This document shows, piece after piece, positions 1-13,759 of a stretch of DNA of 64,000 nucleotides. Numbering within the stretch: the first letter of the stretch is position 1; each line of letters begins with the position of its first letter. The position numbers and the translations under genes were made by a program. The notes beneath the pieces were generated by a model, which worked only from the letters and a program-made list of their open reading frames with translations, had not been told where the DNA came from and did not search any database. Origin of the DNA: Spironucleus salmonicida (taxonomy: Eukaryota); the NCBI RefSeq assembly GCF_000497125.1, contig NC_090597.1:1189797-1253796 (forward strand), written 5' to 3'.

Positions 1-1056
1 AGAACTGGACGCCGTCGTACACGAGGATGAGGTTGCCGATGCCGAACCCGAAGATGAAGTCGAGCCTGTCGTGCTTGGGGAAGTTCGCGTAGATGCTGAT
101 GCCGAACATCTTGATGAGCACCAGCTTCCATATGATCTCCTGGTAGATGACGCCGCAGACCGCCGAGAGCAGACCGGCGAGGGTCCAGCAGATGACGATG
201 TAGAGGACGTAGCCCAGGAACCCGAACTTCACGATGGAGTGGTAGATGGCGGGGCCGATGTGCCGGCCGACGAGGTTCATGCCCGCCCAGGAGATGGATA
301 TGTAGTTGCCGACGGTGTTGCAGAGCTGGGCCTGGGAGAGGTTATCCTTCTCGTAGATGAGGAAGGTGATCCAGAAGACGATGAAGTACTGCACGAAGGC
401 GACCACGATGGTGAACAGGCCGACGTACATGAACTGCTCGAACATGTTGTTGAAGCGGTACTCGTACAGCTTGAAGATGGAGAGCTTCTGCAGGTTCGTG
501 AAGGTTATCGAGTTGCTGAAGGAGATGAGGATCTGGAACGTGTTGTGGTACACCGTGTAGTTCGTGAGCGAGGTGTTCCGCATCGTGGTGGAGGAGAACG
601 TCGCCCAGACGACCCAGGAGAGGAAGTACTGGAAGATGCCCTTCGACGTCGCGGACCAGCCCGGCCCGTACCCGGCAGCCCAGGTGGTCAGGATGCCCCC
701 GATGAAGAAGATGTTGGACTGATGCAGGATCACGCCCACGTCGTAGTTGCCTCCGTTCGCGATGAACTTTATGAACTTCAGGTCGATGAAGTAGAAGAAG
801 AACGCGAGGGGGAGGTTGATCAGGTTGAAGAGCGTGATGTTGAACCAGAAGGGCTGCTTGCTGAACAGCTTCAGGATCTTCGAGTTGTGGTAGGAGGCCA
901 CCATGAAGATCGCGCCGATAGAAACTGCGCCCACCATGCCGGGACCGTGCAGGAGCCAGTTCTCGGGATTCCAGCCCAGAAACGCGTAGATGATGCACAG
1001 CTCCAGCGTCAGCATCGGAATCGTCAGCGCCAGCTCGAAGAGCGTCTTGCCAACTG
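1..1056. repeat. Direct repeat of 12648-13703 (offset 12647)
   Basis: Appears identical over 1-983 (ORF-track translations match in two frames). Five substitutions in 984-1042, then unrelated sequence. Confidence 0.95.
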
Positions 1057-1078
1057 ATTTGAGTAACTAGACAAACAT
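1..1078 (-). CDS. Orphan polytopic membrane protein, copy 1 (3' end runs off the window start)
   Basis: Same frame as the copy at 12559-13752. Starts MFVQLLKSVGKTLFELALTIPML at ATG 1078, with an in-frame TGA upstream. Many hydrophobic segments and very high GC3. Confidence 0.85.
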
Positions 1079-1239
1079 TAATGAAATTGAGAAAATAATA
1101 CATTGCCTATTACTAATAAAGTATCAACATCATAAAATGTGGTTCATGAAATACAACTAAATCAAGCAAATATATATGTAAAGGTATTTAATTATATTCT
1201 TTGGGAAAACTAATAAAATATTATATAGTATAACTAAAT

Positions 1240-1590
1240 ATGCATTCATTCATTTTCTTAAATATGACGATTTCAGTGCATTGCAAATCATCTGAAGTAG
1301 GTTGTAAATAGGATGGGTTCTGTGACATTGCAAATGGTTTTACAAAAGATATAAGAATAGATGGTTGTGTTTGTTAGACTTCTAGAATTTAAAGATTGGT
1401 ACTTAACGATTCATCTAAATACACCTGCCCATGGGATTATATGCTGACTATCATCATTTTAGTTTGTATTTTATGCACAATTATAGCTACACCATTCATA
1501 ATCAAATGGTACAAATATATCGAAATGGTCCTTGACGAGAATGATAGAATTGAGAAAGCCAAAGAATAGCAGCAGACATAGGACGTGTGA
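1240..1590 (+). CDS. Small Cys-rich single-pass membrane protein (EGF-like Cys spacing), paralog 1
   Basis: 116 aa in code 6: MHSFIFLNMTISVHCKSSEVGCKQDGFCDIANG...GCVCQ...TCPWDYMLTIIILVCILCTIIATPFIIKWY. Clear paralog at 13760-14170. Confidence 0.8.
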
Positions 1591-1957
1591 CTCTTTATTT
1601 AACACAGTAAACGAGCATTATGCCTTAAGTACAGGTATGATGCTAGTATAGATCAAATTTAAGTAGTATTGTACTAAATTCAACGACAAATTAGTTCTAG
1701 TTGATAGTTATTGTATTCTCTAGTTTTAACTTTACTAATTATTTTTATTTTCCTAATTATGATAATATTTAGTTTATAGTGATTTTAATAATATAGTTTA
1801 TTAATATATTATATATACAATACTTAATTATATTAAATTCTATTTAATGTTAATATATATTATTTTAATATAATATAAATATATGTATTTATTTTATTTA
1901 ACTTTTAATAATTTTGTGCGAATCTATTATTAGTAGAATAGTAAAAATTTGTATCTG

Positions 1958-1964
1958 CCACTCC
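1958..1964 (+). promoter_or_regulatory. CCACTCC start-proximal motif
   Basis: 4 nt before ATG 1969. The same motif precedes many starts in the window. Confidence 0.6.
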
Positions 1965-1968
1965 TTAA

Positions 1969-2433
1969 ATGCATCGTCGTCGCCTTTCACCTTCCTTTCA
2001 ACTCACATTTGATGATATTTCTAGCCTTATCACAGCCAATAGGAATGACGAGGCTGCTATTTTTTAACATGGGACTATTGAAATCTACAACAAACTGTAG
2101 ATTGATAACATAAATTTTGAGAATTCGACGATTCTTGGCACCCCTGCTGCTCAGTGTGACGGTTTCCATTCACATCCGACCTGTGGAACAATTATTTTTA
2201 ACGATTCTAATATTATTATGTTAATAGAAGATGTTACCGAAAATCATATAAAAATCATTTTTACCCTTTTAAAACCAACTGGCCTACTGCGAAAAATTAA
2301 CGTTTTAGTAGGCTTTTCACTAACCCGTAAGGTCGCGGAAGTAGAGTAAAGTGGCAAAATGCTTGCAGGGTAAACCTTTGCTAGTTCTATATCTGCCGGT
2401 GTGGAAGACAAGATTATCAAGAACGAAAAGTGA
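1969..2433 (+). CDS. Hypothetical protein (154 aa)
   Basis: Open in code 6 (MHRRRLSPSFQLTFDD...), CCACTCC upstream, ends AAG TGA. Confidence 0.75.
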
Positions 2434-2604
2434 GGAATTTTGTGATTTTATGCGCTATGTGTGGATTATATACAAATTATGTTTTAATCACAGATACGTA
2501 GTAGTTCAGATCAAATTAATATAGTTATTCTAAAAATAGTGAAGTATAATTAAAGTATATTACTTATTATTTATAATATATGATGTTAAGAATACAAAAT
2601 TCTC

Positions 2605-3069
2605 TCAATCAGCCCATCGTTCAAAAACACATGACATTGCTACTTCTTCTAAACTATCCACACCAGCTTTTTTCATAGCAATTTTCATTGTTTGATGCAA
2701 TCTTTTCCGCATTTCTAAGACTTCGCGGTCATTAGCTTTTATTGCTTTAAAGTTAAAGCTTGAGAGCTCTATTTTTTCTAGTTAATTTTATGCAATCTTC
2801 ATAAGAATATTTCTCTGCTGAACTTGAAGTTAAAGTTACTTAATCAATGGCTAATCAAAGCATTACTATATAGCTTCTATGAATTTTTAATCTTTTAAGT
2901 GTTATTATAAGCTTTCTGGAATTTTAGATCCAAAAGCTTTCTTTGCAATAAGAGAGACTAGTTCTGGTTCGGTAATATTATATTAAGTGGATAAAGTTGC
3001 AGTATCAATGTTCCCAGTATTAATTGTAGCTACACGTTGTAAAAAATCCCTAATTTCAAACTTAGACAT
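2605..3069 (-). CDS. Hypothetical protein (154 aa)
   Basis: Open in code 6 (MSKFEIRDFLQRV...). CCACTCC at 3074-3080 on the minus strand. Confidence 0.75.
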
Positions 3070-3321
3070 TTGTGGAGTGGAAAATTAGTTTTATTTGTTA
3101 TTATATGGTAAATATACTTTAATATATTTATAAAAGGAATTACAATCATGCATTAATTAACAATAGGTATAACAACCATTGATGAAATATGTCTTAAGAT
3201 ATATAAAAAATTATATTTTTAATATTTTCCAAAGATATATTAATCGCTGACTCATGTTAACTGTTCATTCTAAAGCCCCAGGTTTACCAGCACTCTTTAA
3301 GGATCAAAAAATTTAAACTCA

Positions 3322-4029
3322 TCACTAAACGGAGTTGTAAATATCTTTTACTACTTATTTTTCTTCAATTGCTCTTCGAATTTTCACTCGAACTGAGAAA
3401 TCTTCTTTCATAACCTCACGAACTACGTCATTAACAGCCTTTGCACTTTCATAATCCCTCGTAGCCTTCACTCTATCAAGTGCTAGGTTTAAATTTTCTG
3501 TAAGATTATCTATTTAGTAGTTAAGCTTTTCAATATGATCAATAACGTCATCTGCAGAGATATTTACATTTAAAAATTCGCATATTCTGTTTAAATCTGG
3601 AGAGTGAACAATTGATGGAGATTGTAGGCTAGATAGATGAATAGAAGTTTATTAAATTTATGGTTCTGTCATAAATTGTGTTTAGTCTATTTTTTTAGTA
3701 AGTTCAACTTCAAATTTTTCATTTTGAAGAGTTAAAATGTTTGTATTTTTCTATTCAATTTCTAGAATAAGATTCTGGTTTTCCTGTAATAAACGTTTAT
3801 AGTCAAGTTATTTGTCTTCAAGTTATTCTTAAAATGCTATTAATTGAGTATTTAAATTAATAATTTCATGATCCTTCTCCTATAACTACATTCGTTATGT
3901 TTAATTAATTTTATGCTACTATTATAATTATATATTAAGGATGGATATTTAGCTTGTCATTGGATTAGTTTATGGTGAGAAGAATTATTATGGCGTCCGT
4001 TTTAAATCAACTTATGGAGAAATATCCAT
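3322..4029 (-). CDS. Coiled-coil hypothetical protein (235 aa)
   Basis: Q/E/K-rich ORF in code 6 with ATG and stop in frame, ends TAG TGA. Confidence 0.7.
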
Positions 4030-4072
4030 TCCTAAATTCAAAACTATTTGATGTATATAATACTTATAATAC

Positions 4073-5851
4073 TCATTCAAAATTAAATTTAAAATAATGA
4101 TTAGAAATTATCGATATTACTAAATACATTGTGATGAATAGACATCCAATTACAATACCGCTGTATAAAATACTTACCTAATAATATTTATTAATAGTGA
4201 ATCCCTCCGACTTAGCGCAAATATTGTTCATTATATTTAATTTGGTTTGTTCTTTCGCACAAAAATATAGGTTACAGAATTATCCCGTTTGCATTTATAT
4301 GCCTACAACATTATCTCCAATTAAATTTATCTATAACTACTCCCATGTAATAATTCCATCGCGGATGCAAGCTGAATATAGAAAACTACCATTTGTTTTA
4401 AAATATTATATTTAGTTTGTAGTCACGATTGATAAATCAGATATTGTGTTAAGTTCAATGTTTATCTTATTACCAATTATTTGAAGCGATAATTTAAACT
4501 TAAAGTCTGTCTTTATATTATCTTTAATTTATTATTCGACTCTATTTAAATTTTTTTCAAACGACACCCAAAGCATAATTTCCTATGATATTTAATTATT
4601 CCAAAGCCATGAACTTTGTATTAAGTATTAATAGTATCCTTAATACCCTTCAATCTGTCCAACATAGTGTGGAACAAATCTATTACTTATATTAATACAA
4701 ATATAAATTTACAATTTTTCATATTTGGCTAACTCTTCTTAATTATTCATAAGATTTGTTTCTGCTGTATTTTCATATAGAGGTTTAAAATGATCTTCTA
4801 AACCCCGTATCGTTACGTATATTTTAAGTACTTAAAAAGTTACTAACTATATTTTTGTACCTGGAGACAAATTTCCAGCAGTTATTACATCAAGATACTT
4901 CTATGTTTAGTTGTAATTATAATTTTGAACTACCTATGATATAGCTAAATGGTCAGTTATTCCATTTCCAAATCCCTCTCTTTAATATCTAAACTATTTT
5001 TTTAATGCAATAGAATCTTTTAACGTACTAAATATCTAATATAATGGTAACTTTGTTGCTCGAAGTATTGATTAAAATTTCAATATAAATTCAAACCCGT
5101 TAATAAGATTGCCAGTTCCATTTATACCACGTATACCCATTCCTATAGGAACTGACAGAAAGCAACTTGTTAGTGATGTTTAAGGCAAATAATTTGGTGA
5201 TAAATAACAAAATTATAGTGAATTAAACTGTAAGGATGATGTTGTATCAGTAGATGACGTTAAAAGCAAAACGTTATTGATAAGTATTTTTTGTAAATTA
5301 AAGCTATAGTAATCTAATGGATTAGATGCATATTGTTTAAATAAATTTTAGTATCCTTTGAAATTTTCTTAAATTTACTAGATTGATTAAATTTTTGAAA
5401 ATGGTAACTGATGTGTACCCCGATAAAAACTGTTAGTATTGTCTTGGAATTACTTACTATTATAGATTTTATTTTTTCTCTCACAATTATACATCGATAC
5501 GATAATTATATCATTTTCTCCTATGTCTATTGCATTTAATGCAGCGAAATATTCTGACATAGTGGCTAATTCTGGAATTAAAATTGGAATCAATTACTAG
5601 TATACATTAATCACAATGTTAAATTTTTTTATTACAAGATCAATATAAATCTAATTATTGCCGACAATGATTATATTTTGTTAATGAAGCATTTAATGGA
5701 TTTCACCATTATTTGGGGAAGCTAATGTTTAGTCAAATACGTTACCATAGTTCTACCACCATTACTATTTGAATTGTGGATACTTAAATGTGTAAAAGTC
5801 CATGTCTACAGGTGAGCAATAACCAAACTGAGTTTATATAAGTAAAATCAT
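4073..5851 (-). CDS. Putative type I membrane protein (592 aa)
   Basis: Short hydrophobic N-terminus MILLIQTQFGYC and C-terminal TM ILYSGIVIGCLFITMYLVISII. Start and stop are in frame; the interior was only spot-checked. Confidence 0.65.
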
Positions 5852-6039
5852 TCTCATTACTGACTGGTAATAATTTATTAGTTAAGATATTGAATTATTT
5901 CTATTATGTCAATATATATAATTGTTTTTGCTCAATATTCCTTGCATTAATATTATGATATAATGTAGTTAAAAATGAGCTTCGTATAATAATATATTTA
6001 TAAATATATAATAATAGAAATAAAATCCTTCCTTTAGAA

Positions 6040-6333
6040 ATGGATGATTTGAGAATATAACATTAACGTTTGAAGAAGGAGCTAGAGGGATTTTATAGGC
6101 TGTATATATTTGATACAAATATAAACTAGCTACAGTAGACCACAATTGATCTAAAATTTGATCTTTTTGAATAGCAAGAACTTGCCCTTGACTACCTTAA
6201 TCAATTGAAGAAAAACATTAGCAAGGCTAAAAATTTCTTATTTAGTAGCTAGTTTGCAGAGAATATAGATGATATCGAACAGGCTATGGATATTTTAGAT
6301 ACATTATGTGAATAGTTTTAACAATCTTAGTGA
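6040..6333 (+). CDS. Small helical hypothetical protein (97 aa)
   Basis: Open in code 6, ends TAG TGA. Confidence 0.6.
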
Positions 6334-6575
6334 TTTTACAAATAATATTTCACTTCCCGTCTAAATTTGGGGATTTATAAACAGTTTGTACCTCAAGGAT
6401 ACTGCTGCTTACCTATTATTCAAATGTAATGTTAAAGGATGATGTAAAATATGTTTAATTAAAACGTTCCATTTAACGACTTCGTAACCCTCGCAGGTTT
6501 AAATAAAGAATTTTTTATATGAATATTATATACTAAAAGTCATATGCAATAAATACATAATTTTCCAATAATAAA

Positions 6576-7136
6576 ATGAAACCAAGCGATGATGCAGAAT
6601 CTCTCCGGTATGCACTTAATCTGGCTAATGCCGAGAAGCGAGACCTTTATGATATCCTTTAATTGAGGGAACGTGAAATTTAAAACTATAAGAATGAGAT
6701 TATATCAATAAAGCGAAAACTTGAAATTGAAACTAAATCTTCAATTTTATAAAAAGAAGCATTTGATAAAAAAACAATAATGATGTAAAATCAGTCAGAA
6801 ATGGTTAAAGGGCGTGTCCAGTAGTTTGTTGAAATAAAAAAGAATTTATAAATGTAATTGAAGCAAAAAGAGAAAGAAGTAGATAAACTTGAAAGCGCTT
6901 TGGGGTCGTAAATAAAAATGAGCAACATGGCTCTCTCCTAGGGTCCTAAGCGTTCTAGTGTTTTCCCACTTATTTTACGGAAATAACATATTTCATATTA
7001 ACACTCCTTGAGCGAAATGGAGGATGAAATAGTATAATTATATGATAATAATGATAACTTGCGGTAATTGGTTAAGTTTATGGGTGGTGTAAGCGCTTTT
7101 TGCGTTGTATTTGGACTTTTAGTAGTTGGGAAGTGA
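6576..7136 (+). CDS. Tail-anchored coiled-coil protein (186 aa)
   Basis: Coiled-coil composition, C-terminal hydrophobic FMGGVSAFCVVFGLLVVGK, ends AAG TGA. Confidence 0.75.
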
Positions 7137-7440
7137 GAGATTAGGAATATTTGAGTATTTAGACAAATTTATTAAAATATTATAAATTATACGATTTGGT
7201 TTATGCTTTATTAAAATTAGTTAAAGCATAATTATAGTATGAAATATTAAAACAAGTAGTTCTAAAAATGATTAAACATATTTTTAGTAAACACACTCAG
7301 TTCAACTCTTTTATATAACGCCATAACAGTATTACTTTTCTCCTGTTTACACTTCTTTTATTTCTTATTTAATTATTATATAATATTATACTATTTAAAT
7401 TAAATCAATTAGATTTGATTAGATGACTATTTACAATACT

Positions 7441-7447
7441 CCACTCC
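7441..7447 (+). promoter_or_regulatory. CCACTCC start-proximal motif
   Basis: 7 nt before the ClpB ATG at 7455. Confidence 0.6.
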
Positions 7448-7454
7448 CTCATAA

Positions 7455-10055
7455 ATGGCAGACAACTATACCAGACAAGCTATCAAGCTCATATAAGACG
7501 CTATGAAGCTCTCACAAACTATGCAGTAATCTGTGATTTCCTCTCTACACATCGCCTTAGCGGCTTCCAACGATAATTCCGGGTATTTCATGAATATCTT
7601 CAGAAAGTGCGGCGGAAACACAGAAATGCTACAAAAGGCCCTCCAGAAGGCTGTGTAAAAGTATCCCTAGTGCGCACCGATTCCAGACCACCCCTCCCAC
7701 ACTTCTGCATTCGACCGCGTCATGACAGCCTCCCAGAGATATAGGGAACAGTTCAAGGATAAGTTTCTCGGTGTCCCCCACATCGTGCGCGCCCTCATCG
7801 AGGACCCTGACATCTCAAACTGCCTCTCGCAGTCCAACTGCACTGCCTTCGCATACCAGCAAATGCTAGATAAGAAGCAATCCAAAATCGACAGCGAGGA
7901 TGCTGAAAACCGTGCAGATGCACTCGAGAAGTACTGTGTCGAGCTGGTCGCCAAGGCTGAGGCTGGAAAGCTCGACTAGTGCATTGGCCGGGATGCCGAG
8001 ATCCGCCGTCTGACCGAAATTCTTACCCGCCGCACCAAGAACAATCCAGTACTTACCGGTGCAGCAGGCGTCGGTAAGACATAAATCGTGGAGGGGCTTG
8101 CACACCGCGTCGTCCGAGGCGACGTGCCATCCTCCCTCCTGGACGTCAAAATATTCGCACTTGATCTCGGCGCGCTCATCGCTGGCGCGAAGTTTCGTGG
8201 TGAATTCGAGGAGCGCCTGAAGGGTGTCATCGACGAGGTTAAGGAGTCTGAAGGGAGCTATATCCTCTTCATTGACGAGCTGCACACACTCCTTGGCGCC
8301 GGCGGCTCGGAGGGTACTGCAGATGCCGCGAATCTCCTGAAGCCGGCCCTGGCGCGCGGCGAAATGCGCTGTATCGGGGCCACGACGACTGCGGAGTACC
8401 GCAAATTCGTCAGCAAGGACCGCGCGTTTGAGCGCCGGTTCTCCGAAATTGAGGTCGCTGAGCCAGGAATTGAAGACACAATAACGATTTTAAGAGGTGT
8501 TTCCGAGCGATACCAGGCACATCATCAGGTCAAAATCACAGATGGCGCTCTGATTGCGGCTGCAAAACTAGCAGATCGTTATATTAGAGCCACTGGAAGG
8601 CGGAATCCAGATGCAGCGATTGACCTGATTGACGAAGCATGTGCGGGTGCCAGAGTGGCCCTAGATTCGCAGCCTGAGATTTTGGACCAGCTGCAGCGCA
8701 AGAAAACGAGACTATAAATCGAGTTGGCGAGCTTGGAGCGTGATTTCACTTCAGACCCGCAAAACACGGAGTTATTGCGCATAAAAACACAACTTATCGT
8801 GGAAATTGGATGCGTAGATGACGAGATCAAGCCACTGGAGTCCCAGTACCTGCAGGAGCGCTAGGCGATCGACCGCGTATCCTCACTGAAAGAAAAACTG
8901 CGTTCTTGTAACGAACGCTTGGAGCTGCACGAAATCCGCAAAGAAGTGCAGCAGGCTGCTGACCTCAAATTCGGCGTGATCCCAGAGCTTAAGGAGCAAA
9001 TTCAACGTATAGAGCATGAAAACCACACCAAATCAACTTCCAATTCGCTCCTCAAGATCACGGTCACCGAGGCCGAAGTTGCAGCTGTTGTCTCGAAGTG
9101 GACGGGAATTCCAGCCGCGAAGCTCACAGAAAGCGATAAGCAGAAGATTATGAACCTTGCCCAGACACTCGATTCTCAGGTTATAGGTCAGTCCTGCGCT
9201 GTCTAGGTCGTATCCGATGCAATCCTGCGTTCACGGGCCAATTTGAAGCGGAAATCGCAACCAATCGGCTCTTTCTTGTTCCTGGGTACATCCGGATGCG
9301 GTAAAACGCATCTTGCAAAGTCGCTAGCAAAGCAGTTGTTCGACTCAGAAGAGGCATTGATTCGTATCGATATGTCAGAATATACTGAAGCGCATTCGAT
9401 TTCGCGTCTTATTGGTGCTCCACCAGGATATGTAGGCTACGACCAAGCCGGATAGCTAACCGAAGCGGTATTTAAGAAGCGCTTTGCAGTTGTGCTTTTT
9501 GATGAGATCGAGAAGGCACACCCCAAGATTCTACTAGTGCTACTACAACTGCTGGACGAGGGCCGCCTCACAGACGGTCAGGGAAACCTGGTAGACTTCA
9601 CGAACACAATCGTCATCCTAACATCAAATCTTGGTACACAGGAGCTAGTAAATGGTTGGAGCAAGGGCGACGTAGAAGGTGCGTAGAATGCCGCATTGAA
9701 TGTTGTTAAGCATATGCTACCTCCGGAACTCGTGAACCGATTTGACGACATAGTTGTCTTCAATCCATTGACAAAGCAGGACTTAGGAGCTATATTCGGA
9801 ATCGCAGTAGCAGATTTGTGCAGACGCACCAAAGATGAGCACTTTATTGACCTATAAATTGATCCATCCATCGTTGCACTCGCATGCGAATCCTGTGACT
9901 TTTTGACCGGTGCACGTCCAATTCGCAGATTTGTGGAGCGTGAAATCACGACGTTGGTGGCCAAGGTAGTGATATCTGGGCAGAAGCAATTCGAAAGCGC
10001 GAATATCAGGGCCAGATTGGAAGGAAACTCAATAATTGTAGAGAGAAGTAAGTGA
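7455..10055 (+). CDS. clpB: ClpB/Hsp104 AAA+ disaggregase (866 aa)
   Basis: RRTKNNPVL, Walker [29 protein letters not shown], coiled M-domain, second Walker [34 protein letters not shown]. Continuous once TAA/TAG are read as Gln. Confidence 0.97.
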
Positions 10056-10114
10056 AAAACTAAATAGTATTATTTTATATAAAATGAAATCCATACTAAT
10101 GTAAACTTTCTTTA

Positions 10115-10492
10115 ATGTCTGCTGATAATCGAATATAGTTACAAACCTACTCACAAGCAGACTCACTTGCTATTTCTTAGATTCTGTACGCTTTGGCATA
10201 TTTCAGACTGTTTTCAGACATAAAAAGTTATCCTTTGGTTAAATTTTCTTTTCCTATATGTGGAATGATCTTAGCATATTTTACATTATTTACAGGCAGT
10301 ATACAGTAGGCGAGAGTTTATTCCGTTCCTTGCCTTATTTATGCTATATCTGTTCCATTTTTAGTGCTAATTTATTGGGAATTCGTTGCTATTGATGCGA
10401 AAATAGGAAGTATTGGTGTAATATTGGGGGTTTGTAACAGTTTAGGTGTATGTGTTGTTTTAGTTGGCTTAGTTGTGGGGAGGCTTCTTTGA
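10115..10492 (+). CDS. Small multi-pass membrane protein (125 aa)
   Basis: Open in code 6 with 3-4 hydrophobic segments, ending IGVILGVCNSLGVCVVLVGLVVGRLL. Confidence 0.6.
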
Positions 10493-10797
10493 AATAAGAG
10501 CATTAAAAACTGTTATTACTACCAATATAGTAAGATACAATAAAAAATGAAGCTCAATAATTTAGAATTAAGGAATAAGTGTACAGCAAATTTTCAAATC
10601 TAATACTAAACTATTAGCTGATAATTTGTAAAGGTTGATACATGTTATTATATAAAGTAATTTATATTAAAAGCATATTTCTTGAAGTTTTCCAATAATT
10701 CGCCTTAAGCTGATTATAAAATTTAATAAAAAACGATTTAAATTAAGAAAAGTGTAAATATAATATCTCAGATCCATAAAATTATATCAAATATCAC

Positions 10798-12000
10798 TCA
10801 GTTCTCTGCTGCTACTATAACTTATTCTTCAGTTTAGTCTGTAGCCCTTATTCCCTCATCATTATCAATAGACTTTAAATCAACTTTACCGCCTTTACCC
10901 ATCCATTTACCCATGGTCTCAATATTTGACTATCTATAAAATGGAATAAGCTTAACAACATTATTATAGATAAGAACGCCCATAGTAACAAGGATAAATC
11001 CAACGAATCTAGTAAGTGTAGAACCAGTATTCCATTTTTCCCAACCTACCATGAAAGAAATTATCCAAACAAGAATAGTTCTACAAGCATCAAAAGTAGT
11101 ACGAGTAGCTGCAGATACATGATTTGTGATCTCCATACCAGTAAAATTAAATCCTAATACGAAAATAGGATAAGCAAAATGAAGTAAAATTTCAGGGGCT
11201 GAAATTTTCATTTAATACGCCCATTCAGCACAATCTTCAAAAGGCTTGCCCGCTACATCAGAAAATGGATCTGGGAAATGATTAAAGATTGGTAATAAGA
11301 CAGCATAAACTAAGATGCCCCAACCTCCCTCATTACCAACACCTACGAGGCCAATAGTTTGAATCTTTCTTAATGATATTTCTTCTACAACGAAGAATAA
11401 TGCAGCAAAAATATTACCAACCAAGACAAGTGAGATACCAAGGGCATCATTTTTAGCTTAATTTGTATTATCAACGAATAGAATGGTTGCTAAAGCAATA
11501 ATAGTAGCACCAATAAAAAGTATAATTAGTCCAACTAATTACGGAAGATCAAATGACTTTCTGTAATCTCTCCAAAGACAAGCAGACATCATAGCTACAA
11601 ATATAACAGTAACGTTTCTTAAAATCTAATACACAGACGCAATAGTAAAGTAAAGACCAATATTATACAAAGTAGTCGCTGCTACATCACAGAATGTTGG
11701 AATCAAGAATAAGAAAGTATGTGGGATGAACTTATAAAAAATTTTTCCTTCTTTAAGAGGCGCAGGATCTTTACCTCTAGCTTTTCTTATACATTCTAAA
11801 ACTAGCCATACAGCTAAACATGCAAATTCACCTATAAACATAAAGAGTGTTTGAATATAAGGATGGTTAAATTCGACTGGTGCACCATTATCATTAGGCT
11901 TTATTTAGAATTACGACATACCTTTAGCAGTTAATGTCGAACCTGCACCGCATACAAGCATACCAATAACATAGCCCCAAACAATTAAGGAGAAGCCCAT
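10798..12000 (-). CDS. SLC35F6-like DMT/nucleotide-sugar transporter family protein, paralog 1 (400 aa)
   Basis: FNHPYIQTLFMFIGE, FLIPTFCD, ASVYQILR, VGNEGGWG, SAATRTTFDACRT motifs, about 10 TMs. Confidence 0.88.
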
Positions 12001-12558
12001 TTTATAATGGAATGGTGTATAAATAATCAATTAAATTAAATATAAAACATTATATAAAGAGAGTAAAGTTTTACTGTTAAATCTAAATTAGTATACACAT
12101 AATATATAGCAGGTATTTTTTTGAGATTGTGAATTAAATGTTACAATATTTAATATTATCATACTATATAATTTAATATTACAAAGTTATATACGATGAT
12201 CCGTTTAAATTATATATTTAAACCTACTTACTAATTGGTTCTTAAAAATAAAAACATAGTATTTAATCTATTTTATAATTTACATTATATTATTGTCGAG
12301 TAAAATGTAGTGTGAACTAAAGTAAGATCTAAATAAAAAACTATAATCCCATTAATTATATAACAGTATATATAATTTAATTTATTTCATTTTAAAGTGC
12401 AATTGAATACAATAATCTGAATCTTTTAATAACAGTTATTAATACATATCTAATAGAATTTCAAAATAAATAAAATTTGTTTAAATAAATATAGAAATAA
12501 GGCAGAGAGGTATAAACTTAGTGTTTAATAATAAAATAATATTTATTAAAAGTAAATA

Positions 12559-13752
12559 TCACAATGTTGATCTTAAACCATGATCAGTTTCAGTCGCTTT
12601 TATTCTAATTCTTTCTAATTTTTAAACCTTCCAGCCCTTGCCGCTGAAGAACTGGACGCCGTCGTACACGAGGATGAGGTTGCCGATGCCGAACCCGAAG
12701 ATGAAGTCGAGCCTGTCGTGCTTGGGGAAGTTCGCGTAGATGCTGATGCCGAACATCTTGATGAGCACCAGCTTCCATATGATCTCCTGGTAGATGACGC
12801 CGCAGACCGCCGAGAGCAGACCGGCGAGGGTCCAGCAGATGACGATGTAGAGGACGTAGCCCAGGAACCCGAACTTCACGATGGAGTGGTAGATGGCGGG
12901 GCCGATGTGCCGGCCGACGAGGTTCATGCCCGCCCAGGAGATGGATATGTAGTTGCCGACGGTGTTGCAGAGCTGGGCCTGGGAGAGGTTATCCTTCTCG
13001 TAGATGAGGAAGGTGATCCAGAAGACGATGAAGTACTGCACGAAGGCGACCACGATGGTGAACAGGCCGACGTACATGAACTGCTCGAACATGTTGTTGA
13101 AGCGGTACTCGTACAGCTTGAAGATGGAGAGCTTCTGCAGGTTCGTGAAGGTTATCGAGTTGCTGAAGGAGATGAGGATCTGGAACGTGTTGTGGTACAC
13201 CGTGTAGTTCGTGAGCGAGGTGTTCCGCATCGTGGTGGAGGAGAACGTCGCCCAGACGACCCAGGAGAGGAAGTACTGGAAGATGCCCTTCGACGTCGCG
13301 GACCAGCCCGGCCCGTACCCGGCAGCCCAGGTGGTCAGGATGCCCCCGATGAAGAAGATGTTGGACTGATGCAGGATCACGCCCACGTCGTAGTTGCCTC
13401 CGTTCGCGATGAACTTTATGAACTTCAGGTCGATGAAGTAGAAGAAGAACGCGAGGGGGAGGTTGATCAGGTTGAAGAGCGTGATGTTGAACCAGAAGGG
13501 CTGCTTGCTGAACAGCTTCAGGATCTTCGAGTTGTGGTAGGAGGCCACCATGAAGATCGCGCCGATAGAAACTGCGCCCACCATGCCGGGACCGTGCAGG
13601 AGCCAGTTCTCGGGATTCCAGCCCAGAAACACGTAGATGATACACAGCTCCAGCGTTAGCATCGGAATCGTCAGTGCCAGCTCGAAGAACGTCTTGCCAA
13701 CTGCAGACAATAAAACAGGTATTGGCATTAAGGGAGCGAAATTCTCATACAT
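12559..13752 (-). CDS. Orphan polytopic membrane protein, copy 2 (397 aa)
   Basis: The 376-aa track ORF extends through TAA=Gln to the TGA at 12559. Roughly 9-10 hydrophobic segments; family not recognised. Confidence 0.88.
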
Positions 13753-13759
13753 ACTTATT

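Noticed and set aside
71-1057. Long + strand ORFs (328 aa here, 313 aa at 12718-13659) and alternative - frames
   Set aside because: Antisense and off-frame shadows of the extremely GC3-rich membrane gene on the minus strand.
1987-2169. Minus-strand 60-aa ORF or possible structured RNA
   Set aside because: Explained by the + strand gene 1969-2433, which has both start and stop signals.
6350-6472. 40-aa minus-strand ORF ending AAG TGA
   Set aside because: Too short and motif-free to support without expression data.
7455-10055. Apparent pseudogenisation of ClpB, MDH, the transporters and others by in-frame stops
   Set aside because: The interruptions are all TAA/TAG, several at conserved Gln sites. 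This is a genetic-code difference, not decay.
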